64,000 bases of DNA from Kudoa neothunni. Taxonomy: Eukaryota; Animalia; Cnidaria. Below, in pieces: positions 14,301 through 27,491 of the stretch. Numbering within the stretch: the stretch's first letter is position 1; each line of letters begins with the position of its first letter. Under the pieces are notes generated by a model. It was not told the origin of the DNA, did not search any database, and saw only the letters and a program-made list of their open reading frames with translations. A program made the position numbers and the translations under genes. Where the stretch lies: assembly GCA_964304625.1 (NCBI GenBank), contig OZ199840.1, positions 7,881,744 to 7,945,743 of the forward strand, in the 5' to 3' direction.

Positions 14301-14796
14301 TTACTAATGAGGAATCTTGTGAATCATCTGAATATTGATTTACTATCTATATTATTTCCTGACCGAAAGCTGATCTTGAAACATTGTATAATAACATCTG
14401 AATATAATACTACCTGGTGAATACACAATTTAATACACTCTTCGATTTTAATTATTCATGTATTCTATTTAGTAGAGTCCATTTTTCATTTTATCTCATA
14501 CTCTCCTTAGATTAAAAAGCTTATGAGATTATTTATTTAAATATTTTTACCACTATTCTGTTTTAACTGAATTTTTATGATTCAAAGGTGTTCTTATAAT
14601 ACAATTAACATAAATTTATAATTTTCGAATGTCTTCAATATTCGAACTATTTGGAAAAATTATTATCTACAGTTAATACTGATTATTCATGAGTCAATCA
14701 GAGCCGAAATTATTACTGACTAATCTGTCGACATCAATAAATACCGTGCCAGTTTTCGTGGTTTCACACAAGAAACATTTATTTGTATAATCAATT

Positions 14797-15104
14797 ATGT
14801 CTACTTGGGATCAAGTAACTAGTTTTCAAAGTGAATTATAGTAATTATGACATTAGATTGGCGACCTCTTTGGGTTTAGAGGTAATAAAGAAGAAGTAAA
14901 AAAAAGTCAAATAATCGCTGGTGTATCTATCGCAGTCTTTGTGTTGGTTGGACTAGCAATAGGTGCTTTCATATATATACACTATCGGAAAAAAGGGAAT
15001 AACAATACGGTTACCAAATTATTCTAGTAAAATATAATTAACAATCTGTGTAGGTACAACAAAGAAGCGCTCCTCCATCGAAATCAAGAACCGGTTACTA
15101 CTAA
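14797..15104 (+). CDS. Single-pass membrane microprotein, paralog 2 (73 aa, 3 exons)
   Basis: Exons 14797-14814, 14857-15009 and 15054-15104 with phase-0 introns of 42 and 44 nt. Protein MSTWDQ|IGDLFGFRGNKEEVKKSQIIAGVSIAVFVLVGLAIGAFIYIHYRKKGNNNT|VQQRSAPPSKSRTGYY*. Confidence 0.75.
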
Positions 15105-15469
15105 CAAAAGTTAAAATTTTCACGACATTTTGAACCTTATTGAAAATTATAAAAAAAATTATTACTTTAATTATATAATATTTTGCGCCAATTCTTAATA
15201 CAAATAATATTATGTATCAATTTTATTTAATTAATCTGCTCTTTTTCATTATGTAATAGCTTATAAAATTAACTAATTGATTAAAAAAGTTTATTTTGAC
15301 TGATTTATTGTTTTGACTTGTATTATTTGATTATTTTATTCATGAATTTAAAAAAATACGGTAAAACTAGATTTATAACTCTGGGAATCGACTAATTAAA
15401 TAACGGGAATTTTCATACAGTCAAACTTCTTCCCTTTAGTAGAAGAATAATTTATGAAGGTCTAGTATA

Positions 15470-16545
15470 ATGCAATTAAAAAATTTAATGCCTTAAACCG
15501 CAAATTTTGAGGAAATATACTGCGTGAAGGGACACCCGACTCTCAATGAAACTAATTATTCATCAACTAAAGACGAACAGAAGGAATTAGACACATCGGC
15601 AAAATACTTTTCCACCTATTGAAAATTTCGGTTAACGGAAAAACCTTTTCGACCCCTCACCGTAAACTCTTGTCTCGCAGTCATCAAAGTGAACATTTCT
15701 ATTTAATTGGATGAATCTATAAAGCAACATGATTCTACGAAGTATATCATGCCCTTTATTCAAGCTCCATTATTGCTTAAGATGCTCCATTTTAGACTTA
15801 AAGATAGGCTTATATACAATAATTCCCACGTATACTTTAAATTGCATTATATTCAGATTTTGCCTTTTAATTCCGTAATGAAAGCACAAAATTTGTTAGT
15901 GTGAATAATGGCAGAATTGAAAAATTCATCATAAAAAAATAGAAAAACTATCCGATAAATTTCAAATTCGGGATGTTACAAATGCAGTAGGACTTAGTGG
16001 TTTGTTTAAGCTTGGTTTCTTTTCTGATTTTTGTATTCGAAAGCACAACTGAAGACCATAACACATTGTTTTTGTCCCTATACGTGTAAGTGACTCCAAA
16101 ATCATCTGAACAATCATAAAGAGATTAAGAGAAACATACCTCAATAATATCTTCAATTTCACTGCGATCGGAATCATAGCTCGTTAGAAAACTATCATAT
16201 AACTCTTCCATTTCTAGAGGCCGGAAACATCAACTTTGATTTTTCTCAATATTTAATGGATATACCCTTTCGATATTAAAATACTTTATTTTTATAATTT
16301 TATAAATGTTTCTGTGAAATAAAAACGTGGGGTCCTCCTGGACCAGAAAATGGTTTGGTGTAAGTATTTGATATAAAATGCTAGCAAACAAATAATTCTT
16401 AATTTTAAAATTAAATTATGAATATATAACAACTTTAACCGAATAGTGATTGTATCCAGCTAATTTAACTTTTTCAGTGAGCAGTGAATTGAGATTAAAA
16501 TCAGCCTGAGGTCCATTTTGGCTTCGAAAATGCTTGGAGTGTTAA
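15470..16545 (-). mobile_element. piggyBac relic (5' half, decayed)
   Basis: Minus strand near 15480-15575 reads SLVDE*LVSLRVGCPFTQYISSKFAV*GIKF, matching the piggyBac [28 protein letters not shown] motif. GGGGTCC..GGACC palindrome near 16329 and a TTAA end near 16545. Confidence 0.7.
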
Positions 16546-16599
16546 AGATAACTTACTAAATGACAGATAACTTCGTTCAGTATATTTTGTATGGTTTCC

Positions 16600-16900
16600 C
16601 TCGACAGTTTAAGTAGATAAACTTCAAAAAGTTTTTTGCATAACATTGTTAATGACATTGCAAAATTGTTAGCCACTTGCGGAAACAGCAAATATTTTTC
16701 CTTCTTTCAGAATAGGGTGTGGTAATTTTTATTTATTTTTTTTGTTGTAATTTTTTTATGATATGGCACTACGTTGATTCATAGATGTGCAACGATCTTG
16801 CTACGTCGTGTTTTATCATGCTGTGCTTAATGGCATTATTTATGGAATACCATAGGGGTGTTTCATTATACACAAAATCAAATTTTTTTACATGATATCA
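16600..16900 (-). mobile_element. Possible second pogo-like fragment
   Basis: Minus-strand remnants RKWLT (AS.GWL-like) and NETPLWYS (DETPLWF-like). Very decayed. Confidence 0.3.
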
Positions 16901-19240
16901 TAAACCTTGTAAATAAGATTAGATAATTTTGGTTTAACTCATTTACTTAATATCATATCATATCTTTACGAATTATACAATTTAAAATTTAATTTAAACT
17001 ATTTAAATTATAAATATAAACATTGTATTATAACTCACGAATTAAATTGATATATAAATATTATGAAAAATGTGTGTAAACCATTTAAATAGTATAGCTT
17101 AATTAAAATTTTTGAAATTTATATTATAATACGATTATTTTATAATTTAAAATGACCATTTCCCTTAACTTAGAAGAAGTCACTTGATAGTTCTTTTTGT
17201 CAGATATACCAGGAATTAATTGTTAAATATCGTGTTTTCTCAGATGTAGGGCAGCTTTTGCATTTTGTTTAGTTTAATAAGGATCATTAGTTCTTATTTT
17301 TATTAAAGATAGGTCTTAAATTTGTAACTGAAAATGCTCTCTAAATATTATTTAGCTCATATAGCAGAATTAAATAGGACTTTCTAGATAGAAAAAATAA
17401 TATGTATGAAAGAAACAAGATAATTTGATAAAAATATAATCTGTTCTTTAAAAAAAGAAGACAATATGATAATCCAATCACCAAATAAACATTTTTAATG
17501 AATATTTGACCTTTATAATTTGAATTATTGTTAACTACTAAATAAAATTTCATTTTTAGATATATTTTGTTATAAAATTCAGAATATCCGAATTTTGACT
17601 ACTTTAATGGGGTTTATACTTAAAACTAGATCAAAAATACCGTCAGATATTATTTTCAGTGTAGCTCATACAATTGGAGAAACACAGTAGGTTAGGTGCG
17701 TTAAAATCCTCATTGGGATTTCAAAAATTTCTGCGTGCAAAATAAGTCCTCAATAGAGAATTAATAGAATTTGTATTTTTAATTCGTTAATAAAAAAGTT
17801 GAGAATATAGTTTAGGTTTTAATTTTAAATTAATAAAAGGAATTTTCGTCGTACTCTATCTAACCAAGCATGCTTTTCAGGGTACTCACTCAACTCCCCA
17901 TAAAATCATGTAATAAAATACATTTATAAGCTTAATATTTATTTTAATATTTCAAAAAAAATTTGAAGTTAGATTGAATGATTCAACGGGTTGCTAGAGT
18001 AAGTTTTTGCGATTCGATCGGTGAATAGTGCACATATTCCATCTATTCAACGTTAAATATGTAATAGCATCACAATTTCATTTAATATTAAGCTATTTCT
18101 AAAACGAAATTTTCTCTGATGATTTTTCTAGTTGCCATATTTCGTTTGTAAACTAAAGCAACGATATTGTAAGTAAGTAAGTATAGTTTAGGTTATTTAT
18201 AGTGATTTGCGTTAATTATCACAAATATCAAGCTTTAGAAGAAACGAAATCACTCATTGTATCATTAGGAAATAATATAATGTATTATTAAATCAAAATT
18301 GATGTGAATGTATTATTAAATGAAATAAAAGTTTTTCTAAGCGGATTTTCACTTGAATGACAACAGTAGACAAACAAAGATGCTCTTATTCATTTCGACT
18401 GCTGACAGTTCCTTGTTAGGATTGATATTAGAGTGTTAAGATATTTTAGCTTTTTTATTATTTCAAGTCTAATGACAAATATACCCGTTAATGTCTTTAC
18501 GTGCTTTGATTTCTTTTTATATGCAAAAAAAGAGTAACATTATTAAGGTTTATTTACAGAAATCGAGATTTATACAACACATTGTTTAATGTGCTGTTAA
18601 TACTTTAAGCATTAAATCTTTGATATAATATTTTGAGTTCATTTTTAACTGTCGATTATAGAAGTAATGAATGGATATGAATAATTAATAATGTGACCAG
18701 ACGTTATGGCGCTACGGTATTCAATTGGAGAGATTCGTTATTAAGTATTACATTAGGATTTTACTAATTCTCACATATTTCATCCTCTGCCATTCACTTT
18801 GTATATACTGCCACATGATCACACTTTATTATATGCATCACTGCTATTTGGCAACATAATTTGATGCAGATTCGTAGATATTACACAAATATGTACCCTC
18901 ATGATTAGATGATACATTTTTACTTTTGTTAATATCCATTATATATTAAGAATTGTAATGTTATTTTATTATAATTTCATGGAAAATATGCTAATCAAAT
19001 ATAACAATAATAAATAATTATATTTGATTAATAATATGAGTAGTTTAAAATAAACAGTAACAATTCCGACTGCTTAAAACTATTTTATTCAACTCACCAT
19101 GCAATAAAAAATCTGCTGTCGAAATTTATACTTCATAAGCCCATTAGAATGAGGAATTATTACTGATTACTCTATCGGCTTTTGTGAGAGTTATATAATA
19201 ATTAATCATACCACTCGAGAACATTTAGTTTGGATGGACA

Positions 19241-19528
19241 ATGTCAGATATTACTGATAGGGTGACCAGTTTTCCGAATGAACCATAGTAAATTTCACCT
19301 TAGATACTTGAAATTGTAGTGTCTATGGGAATTAAAGAGACTGATACAGGAACAGCTACAATGATTGGCCTATCTATAGGAACCGCTTTGATTGCGTTAT
19401 TTCTAGGTGTTATTTTCAAATATTGTCTTAAAAAGAGAAGCAGCAATAGGGTTACTAATTTATCCTATGAATGATTATTAATTCTATAGGTAAGCGAAAT
19501 TCAGAATATTCCTTTGGAAGAACGATAA
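19241..19528 (+). CDS. Single-pass membrane microprotein, paralog 3 (68 aa, 3 exons, more diverged)
   Basis: Exons 19241-19261, 19304-19450 and 19490-19528 with phase-0 introns of 42 and 39 nt. Protein MSDITDR|ILEIVVSMGIKETDTGTATMIGLSIGTALIALFLGVIFKYCLKKRSSNR|VSEIQNIPLEER*. Shares GLSIG, the basic post-TM patch and the GTTAC intron-2 donor with paralogs 1 and 2. Confidence 0.7.
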
Positions 19529-20149
19529 AATCATCTTTATTATCTTAAAAAATTGTGAGGTAAAATTTTACAATCATTGTGGTGTATATCGAAAATTTAA
19601 ATATTAATTTTTTGTCTCATTTAGAAAACTAATTTCTAGGGATCTCTAACTGTATGAATGCTATATGAAAAAATGACGCTTTTTAGATTTTATTATAGAT
19701 GTATTTTACGTTTTTCGTATGTGCAAAATAATGGATTTAATTATCAATCAATATTTTAAACAGAGTAAAAATTCATTTAAAGTGTAAATATCGGATGTAT
19801 TAATGTATTAGAGAGTCGACGAATTTTTATTAAAATTGTCATTTATTTTATTAGGATGCTTAACTTTTATTGTTTACTGAGTAACTATTATTTTTAATGG
19901 TAATATTCATTGATTGCCATTATCATAATTTATGTATAATAGGTGGGAATAAAGTATTATAAAAATATCTATATTTATTGTTTTAAACGTTTAGATAATT
20001 TAAAATTACATGGGAATCAATTTTTATTGAGATATTTTGCAAATACGTGATACATGATATTCGAAGAGAAAACTTTTTTAGGCGTTTAGTTATAATTATT
20101 ATAAAGGGATTGTACACTAATTATTCATAACGAGGTGTAGGTGTAGATA

Positions 20150-20515
20150 ATGCTAGTATATTCAACTCGTTCACCTCCTCTCATTGATTGTATTTTTGCA
20201 CAAGTAGAAAAATTTTAGTCACATTTTAAATTGAATTTCTAATAAAATATCCAATGTAGATATCGGATACAATTTACATTGATCCTAATAGTAACCCCAA
20301 AGTACGATACTTTGTAGCGGTGATATGGATTCTTATTTTTTCGATACTTTTAAGTGTCGTTCTTGCCTTGATCATGATTTACCTTATCCTAATGTGTCAA
20401 AGCTTTTTGCAAGTATCTATATTGAATAAATCAATAATATAATTTCATTAAGTGGATGTGCTCATACGACGAAGAATCCAAACTTTCTGAGTCATCCCTA
20501 AATTTAATACGCTGA
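20150..20515 (+). CDS. Small single-pass membrane protein (89 aa, 3 exons)
   Basis: Exons 20150-20203, 20260-20412 and 20453-20515 with phase-0 introns of 56 and 40 nt. Protein MLVYSTRSPPLIDCIFAQ|ISDTIYIDPNSNPKVRYFVAVIWILIFSILLSVVLALIMIYLILMCQSFLQ|WMCSYDEESKLSESSLNLIR*. Confidence 0.55.
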
Positions 20516-23415
20516 GTCTAAACAAAGTTTTTGATAAGTTTCTTATTTACACAAATTTTTTTCTTCTACAATGCTTCATGTTTCTTTAATATTTTTCCTA
20601 TGACCTAGCAATCTACTTTAAAAGCACCCCGTCTAGTTTTTAAAAAAACAATAAAGAATTTGATTTTAGTATTTCACCAATGGTGATTAATGATTTTTAA
20701 AACATTTTTTAATTTATTCGTATCTAATTAGTTTATTCTTTGTATATCTCAAAAATTTAAACTGAAACTCACTAATATTGTATTTAATTCTCAATACAAT
20801 TAATGCCCTAATATAAATTTTTTCATGATAATTTTCAATTGATTAAATTATTTTATTAGAAACATCACATATAAGTCTAATCGATAATTAATAGTTGTCT
20901 TTGCTTATGTTCAAACCTTAGTGACGAACGCTCACCCTTTAAGGACGATCTTAAAATTTCCAACAATAATAACTAAAATAGGAACGATAAAATTGTTGTA
21001 TTCTAGTCGACATGATAACTTTCTTAATTTTCTATAGAAATGTATAATATTGGAGGATAAAATTTTTTAAGTTAGGTACGATTAGCCCCAATATTTAATC
21101 TCCTTGTAATACTTATGGCTGTTTTCTCATCTCGTTTAAAACGCTTTTTAGACTCATTGCGGAATTTTAATTCTCAGCATCGGACACAGAAAAGACATTT
21201 ACTTTAATATGTGACTAATTCTTATTAAAATCTAATTTTATCTTATGATCAGAATGCGCACGCGCGGTGATTGTTGAGAACCCGCGAAAACTAGTTTTAT
21301 TGGTAGTAATTTTCTAGAAAAAACTAGTATCTGAGTTCAAATATTTTTATTTCGAAAAACAGATTTTTTTAGATTTAACTAATTTTTCATTCTCAGTATT
21401 TTCAACTTGATTGCATTTTATGTTTTTCAGCAGAACCCCAGATGTATCTTGGGTTATCTTTCATTGTTTTAATTTATATTAATTATAAATTGCATTAATA
21501 AAGCAAAAATTAAAAAATACTAATTAAATTATTTTCATGTCAGATCACTTAATTAACTTAAAAAGAGTCTAAGGGCACATTATAGCGGTCCCTGCCGTTA
21601 AAATAAACTGTAATTTTCGATAATATCAACAAAATATTATATTAATATTTCTATTAAAATTGATTTTATTGTTTTACTCTCTTTGGAAGTTTATTATAGA
21701 CAGATGTAAACTTCCAGGTATATTATTATAGCATTTTATTGTTTGTCCTCTAGTTTCTTAGTTTGTTAAAATGGATGATATTAGTTCACAAAAATGGAAA
21801 TCATTATAGAACTTAGCATTAGTCGAAACTAATAATAATAATAATGATAGATTAATGAATAAATTAAGCCCTTATATCTATTTATATATAATAGATTTTA
21901 CAAAAAATTAATTATATATTTATTTTCAGAATAAATTAATATTTGTTGCTTTATCAAACCACCTTTAATAACAATAGATTTGATTTAATAGACATATACA
22001 CAGTTTCTGGTTTCATTTATCGATTAGCGATTGTCAATAAGCTTAATTTATTGATATGCAAGAATAATTGACGCATCCCATAATATTCTATATCCACTGC
22101 GATGATTTTTTCTAAATCACCTCAAGATCAATGCATTAAGAATTTAAGAGAAAAGGGTCTATTTGTTAATCATTTTTCTATGCTGTAAGTTGGTATCGTA
22201 GTTTTCGACGTTTATTCTTAAAAATTTCGACGACTAAAATCGATTTTAATCAAAAACTACGATCCCTAACTGTAAGTAACTGTATGAGTTAGCTTTAAAT
22301 AGCTAGATAATATAAATATTTCATAAGCATTAGTATCCTAATAGATAAAAAACGAAATAACCTATCTAAAATTTCGCGCTATTTCACCAATAATATTGTA
22401 GATTAGCATGGGAAAATTAATAAAAAGATTATTAAACATATTTTCAAAAACTTTTAGTAAGATAAACCCTGGATATCATGATATCATGAGAGAAAAAAGT
22501 TATCGTTTAACTTAAATAATTAGGCTGATACGAAACGGAAATAGAATAGGGGAGGGAATTGATTTTGTTAGACATACCTCTCGAGATTAATGGGTAACCT
22601 AAACCAAATACTATTAGTAAACAATCTAATTTAATTGTGGGAATATTTATGCGGAATAAACAACTTGGTAATCCCCATGGGAACTTACTCTTAAAAACAT
22701 CCAACTGAATTTTTTGGCGATATTACAATGGGTTCAAGAATTTTAACCTGTTAAATAGTGGTCTAATAAATAAATACTTAAAAAGCATTAGTCTGAATTT
22801 AAAATAAAATTTTTACAACATGATGCATGGTGGGTAAATAAATATGCGCTTATGGTACTAATTGCTCGTTAGTGTATTTGAGCCCAAGAGACGGAGAGCT
22901 ACGGTGATTGTTTTCAATTGTATACATCAAATGCCATTTAATTATTTATTTTTGTGTTGGGAATATTTAAAAAATTATCTTACGCATTCATAGATGGCAT
23001 AATTTGGTCGACACGTATCAACCAGTATTAATTTGATTTAAGAAGTTGTAATCTTGGGCTGTTTTGAAAGATTAAAAATGTTTGTTTTTGAATCTTAGCG
23101 CCTACTTTTCGAGTGATTACACTTTGAAATTATTGATCCAAAAAAACCTGATAGAAACGTTATTAAAATTTCGTAAAGTTACACGTTACATCCAAATTAG
23201 GTATTAATTAGTTATATTGATAACACTTGAAAGTTGTTTTTAGACTGATTTTCATCAATAACTTCAGAATAAAATAATAAGTGAGAGAAAATGGTATATA
23301 ATACTTAATAGATTATTATTATTATATTTTATTTGTAGATAAAGTCGAAAAGTGATGTTAGATTGAGGCAAAAGTTGCATTCTATTAGATCAATCCATAG
23401 CAGATATCGTAATCA

Positions 23416-25260
23416 ATGATTCTAAATTTCGCTCAACATTTATTAACTATTCCCATAGTTAATAACTCATATCAACTGAAAAAAAATGAATGCGCCACGT
23501 CACCCAAAATGGTTTTAAAAAGGAAATCATGTTCACTCAAGAGTCTGTTTGCAAATACCTCATTTCACAGCCAAAAAATAATATTCAGCGTACATATTTC
23601 CACTTGTAATAAAAAATTAATTTAATATTTAGGAAAACAAATTGAAAATATTAGAAAAACGAAATTATATTGTATCAGAATTAATTGAATCAGAAAAGAA
23701 TTATTTGACATTTCTAATCGAATCCCTCTTGGTAATAATTTATAAAATAAATATTTAAGGAAGCATCTCGAAAATTTAGATATATCGAAGATGCTTTGTT
23801 CAGAACTACATTCTTCCTATCAATACTATACATAAAATATTCTTCTGGCTTGAAGAAATTATCAACTTGTCCAGATGCATCTTGCGTGATATCGATAAAA
23901 CACATGCCTGGAAAGTTTATGCCAATAACAAAGACAGCTTCTCGCAATACACCAAATATCCCATGTGCTATCAAAACTCTATCGCTCAAATAGATATCTG
24001 TAGGCGGATGTATGCTGGTTTTGACGAGTTGATCGTTTCACTGAGTAAAACCCCTGGGGTCTGTTGTGGGTTGTCTTTGGAATCAATTTTATTGATGCCG
24101 ATTCAAAGAATCCCAAGGTAATAGACCATACAAAACTATTAAAAGAGGGGTTTGTATTAAGAGATTTCCTCTGTGAAAAATGAGTAAATAAATAAATACA
24201 TAATCTTCTATTTATTAGATATGAGCTACTTTTTAAAAAACTCTCAAAAACATTTCAGGATGGAGACCGTGAGAGAAGTGAAATTAGAGGTGTGATTACT
24301 AATCTGAGATCCCTTTTTACTAAATATATTTTAGATATGAAAAAGTTTTTCAAAACACTCAACAGAAAAATCAACACAAACGTAACTAGCTCGATTACCT
24401 TTTGCCAGCCCGGAACCAAGTCCATTCATAAACACGCTCGAAAAAAGCAACTTCACATGATTGGTAAAGTGAAAAAGTTTATAGTTGACTCAAAAATATT
24501 CAAAGGTTATCTATCAAAATTCTTAAAATATTTAATTTACATATAGAGAATGAATTAATTCACGCAGAAGTGGTTTTCAAGGTGAATAAATACCCTCATT
24601 AATTTTATTATATTTCAATTTTAATTTGGCTATATTATAACTATTCCAGTTAGAGGTTTACACCAAAAGCTAAATTTATTTTTTAAAATATTTCATTCAT
24701 TGGCAACTAATCTAATCTTTTTTAGTATTTGACCAATGGAAAAACTCAAAAAATATACTTTATCGTATTCAAAGACATTATTGTTGAAATCTCTTCGCTC
24801 AACCTGTAATATTATGATAACTTAGCAGTTATAGAGGTTTTTCATTAGGAAATCATCCAGTGGAATAATGTATTCAATGCCCGATTCCAATATTACATTA
24901 TACTCCAGTAAAAATATAAGTTGTATAGATATTGGAGTTGACCATCTTCATATATGTTCTGGTGGTGGAATTTTTCAGGTATTCAATTTCTGTTGCAGTT
25001 ATTCCTTAGTTAAAATTTTTTAGATCACAAACAATATCATTAGTAGTTATTACTTTTGTCCATGTAACGAAAGGGCAAAAGAAATAGTACGAGTCATCGA
25101 AACATCCAAGTTAATGTAATTAAATATAAAATTTTAATGATTATGATTTATTTATATTTGTTTAGAAAATTCAACCAATACTACAACGACAGAAAGTCGT
25201 ATTCAAGTTGTAAAAGTGATTCAGCCGTCCATTCGAATTAGCCCTTATTCTTTAACCTTG
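23416..25260 (+). CDS. Dbl-homology (DH) Rho guanine nucleotide exchange factor, multi-exon; 3' end approximate
   Basis: DH motifs KRNYIVSELIESEKNYLTFL, IHKIFFWLEEIINLSRCIL and GLSLESILLMPIQRIPR|YELLFKKL are joined by short GT-AG introns. Downstream exons, probably the PH region, were not fully resolved. Confidence 0.8.
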
Positions 25261-26209
25261 ATTTTATTTACTAAATTATATTTTCTTGTATACACAATTT
25301 AGTATCTTTATCAGTTATTGTGCAGTTTGGTGCACTCACATTTAGTTATAATTTGTAATCATTAGAAAATTCAAAAAATAAATCCATACTATTTATTTAT
25401 CCTAAATATTCCTGATTTATGTTTATTATAGGACTAAAACTTAAAGTATTTTATTGAAAGTTTTTCTTGTGGATCGGATATTTTAAGTAAAAGAGATATA
25501 CCAGTTAGTAGATAAGATCCGTAAGATGTATTGTACCTAGAAATTCTATATTAATAAACTCCGAGGAAATTCTGGGAAATCCTTGGTACACTTTTCTGAG
25601 CCATGAATTAGTTTTTCGTAACAAAATGCAATCAATGTGGCCATTAACTTTCATTCATTGCCATTTTTATTTTTCGTAGTCTGGAAATAAAAATAAGGTA
25701 GTTGGTCTCACGCTAGCTGTCATTTTTACCCGGGTAATATGTAAAGACGAGATCGCACTCTTAAGAGTTCTAAAAGGGCCTTGTTCGCAATCGATAAATT
25801 CCGATAAATAACCTCTAATAGCAACATTAATTAGATGCTCAATCACACCCTAATAAACTTAATTATAGTCGTAGTTTTCCCAAATTATCATGAGCGAACC
25901 ATTAACGATTATTCCAAATAGATTTATTCTTGCACTGATAGTTCTAAAAAGTTTAAAAATTCCATATAAGGAAATTATTTTTTAACAATTTTTTTAAATC
26001 CATTTAAGAACGATTTCAAAATTTTAAACAAACTCCAGATCAAGGAGAATTGGAAAATTGTTTATATATAATTAATAATTCATTTTTTGTATTTTAAATG
26101 TATTATTTTAACAAATAACTACGAATAATACATATTATGGTGGCTTTGAAAGAAACATTATTGTTCCACCAATTCTATCCCATCTGTCATGTATGGAAAC
26201 CACTTTTAA

Positions 26210-27491
26210 CCTTCTAAGTAAACTGGGGTCCACTTGGACCCAAACGAGATTGCCAACCTGTTTTCTCAGCCGTTATGTAATAATTAGAATTTAAACTTCT
26301 TTCATTCTCATCAAACACGTTTATCTTTAGAGTAATAAATTTTTTTGAATATTTAAAAATACATTATTATTTATATTAATTTTTAAATGGAAATTTAATT
26401 TAAACACATTTTACATAGCGAAATCTAAAAAACAATTTTTCTCCGAGCACGCGCCCGTGTGCAAGTTCTTATTGTGTAAGCATGCATTTCTTTTTGGAGC
26501 GTAGCGAGGATAGTATTGACATTAATGAAATCGAAACACCCGACCAGGTGTACTTGAGAGAGACTGTCGGCGATGAGAATGATGAAAATATAGTGTTTGA
26601 TCGAAATGACGATTCGATTGCAGACAAAAACAACAATTTATTTAGTGTAATCAAAGCAAACGAAACCAAGGTGGAGGCAGATAATAAAATAAATGTTCTT
26701 CAAGGCGTGATTATGTACGCTATCCAAAAGATCCTTAGTATTGTAGGATGTTGTCATCATTTCTTTCGAATGGAAAAAGTGGAAGGAACAATTAAATATA
26801 TCATTCAGTGCGATAAGAATCCTTATGGGAAGAAATAGAAAGCTATTAATGAAATTCATGGTTTTATTGGCTGTTTTTTGTACATAACTATCCATAAGCA
26901 TAACCAAGAGATTATTGTTTAAATGTTTAGTTGTGACGATGGTAGGAGGATAGACAAAGATTTTTTTTCCTTGTACATATTCAAGCAACTAATAAGAACG
27001 CTCCGTTTCGTACATTCAGAAACTACGTAGAAATGACAGCTAAATGATAAATTTTCCCCAATTAAAGAAATGTGGGGCATTGTTATTAACGCGGCGAACA
27101 GAAGTTATAACCCTGGAGAAAATGTATGTCTTGAGAGTAATTGGTTTCCCTTAAAGGCAACTGCTTTTTTAGACTATATATAAAACGTAAGCCAGCAAGA
27201 TATGACTTAAAATTTTTCCTTTTGGGAGATCCAGCATCTACATTATGTGTTTGTGGAGTTACTAACGAATTCCGGTATCAGTCAAAATAATCTGTTGTCC
27301 AATTTATATAGGAACATTGCATATAGGCGCACGCGTTAGAAAAAACAAAACGAATAAAACATTTCCTAAAATTATAATTTTTGATATTGATAGAAAACAC
27401 AATTATTGAACGAAATCACAAAAAAAACCTTGGGGTCCAAATGGAGCCCAGTTATACTCCGAGGAGATCTGATTAATTGTTACTTAGAAGA
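26210..27491 (+). mobile_element. piggyBac element with both termini, internally deleted and decayed
   Basis: TTAA target sites at 26206-26209 and 27492-27495. TIR CCTTCTAAGTAA / TTACTTAGAAGA (11 of 12). GGGGTCCA..TGGA(G)CCC subterminal palindromes at both ends. Acidic N-terminal ORF 26482-26838 and remnants YNPGENVC and YIKRKPARYDLKFFLLGD. Confidence 0.85.
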
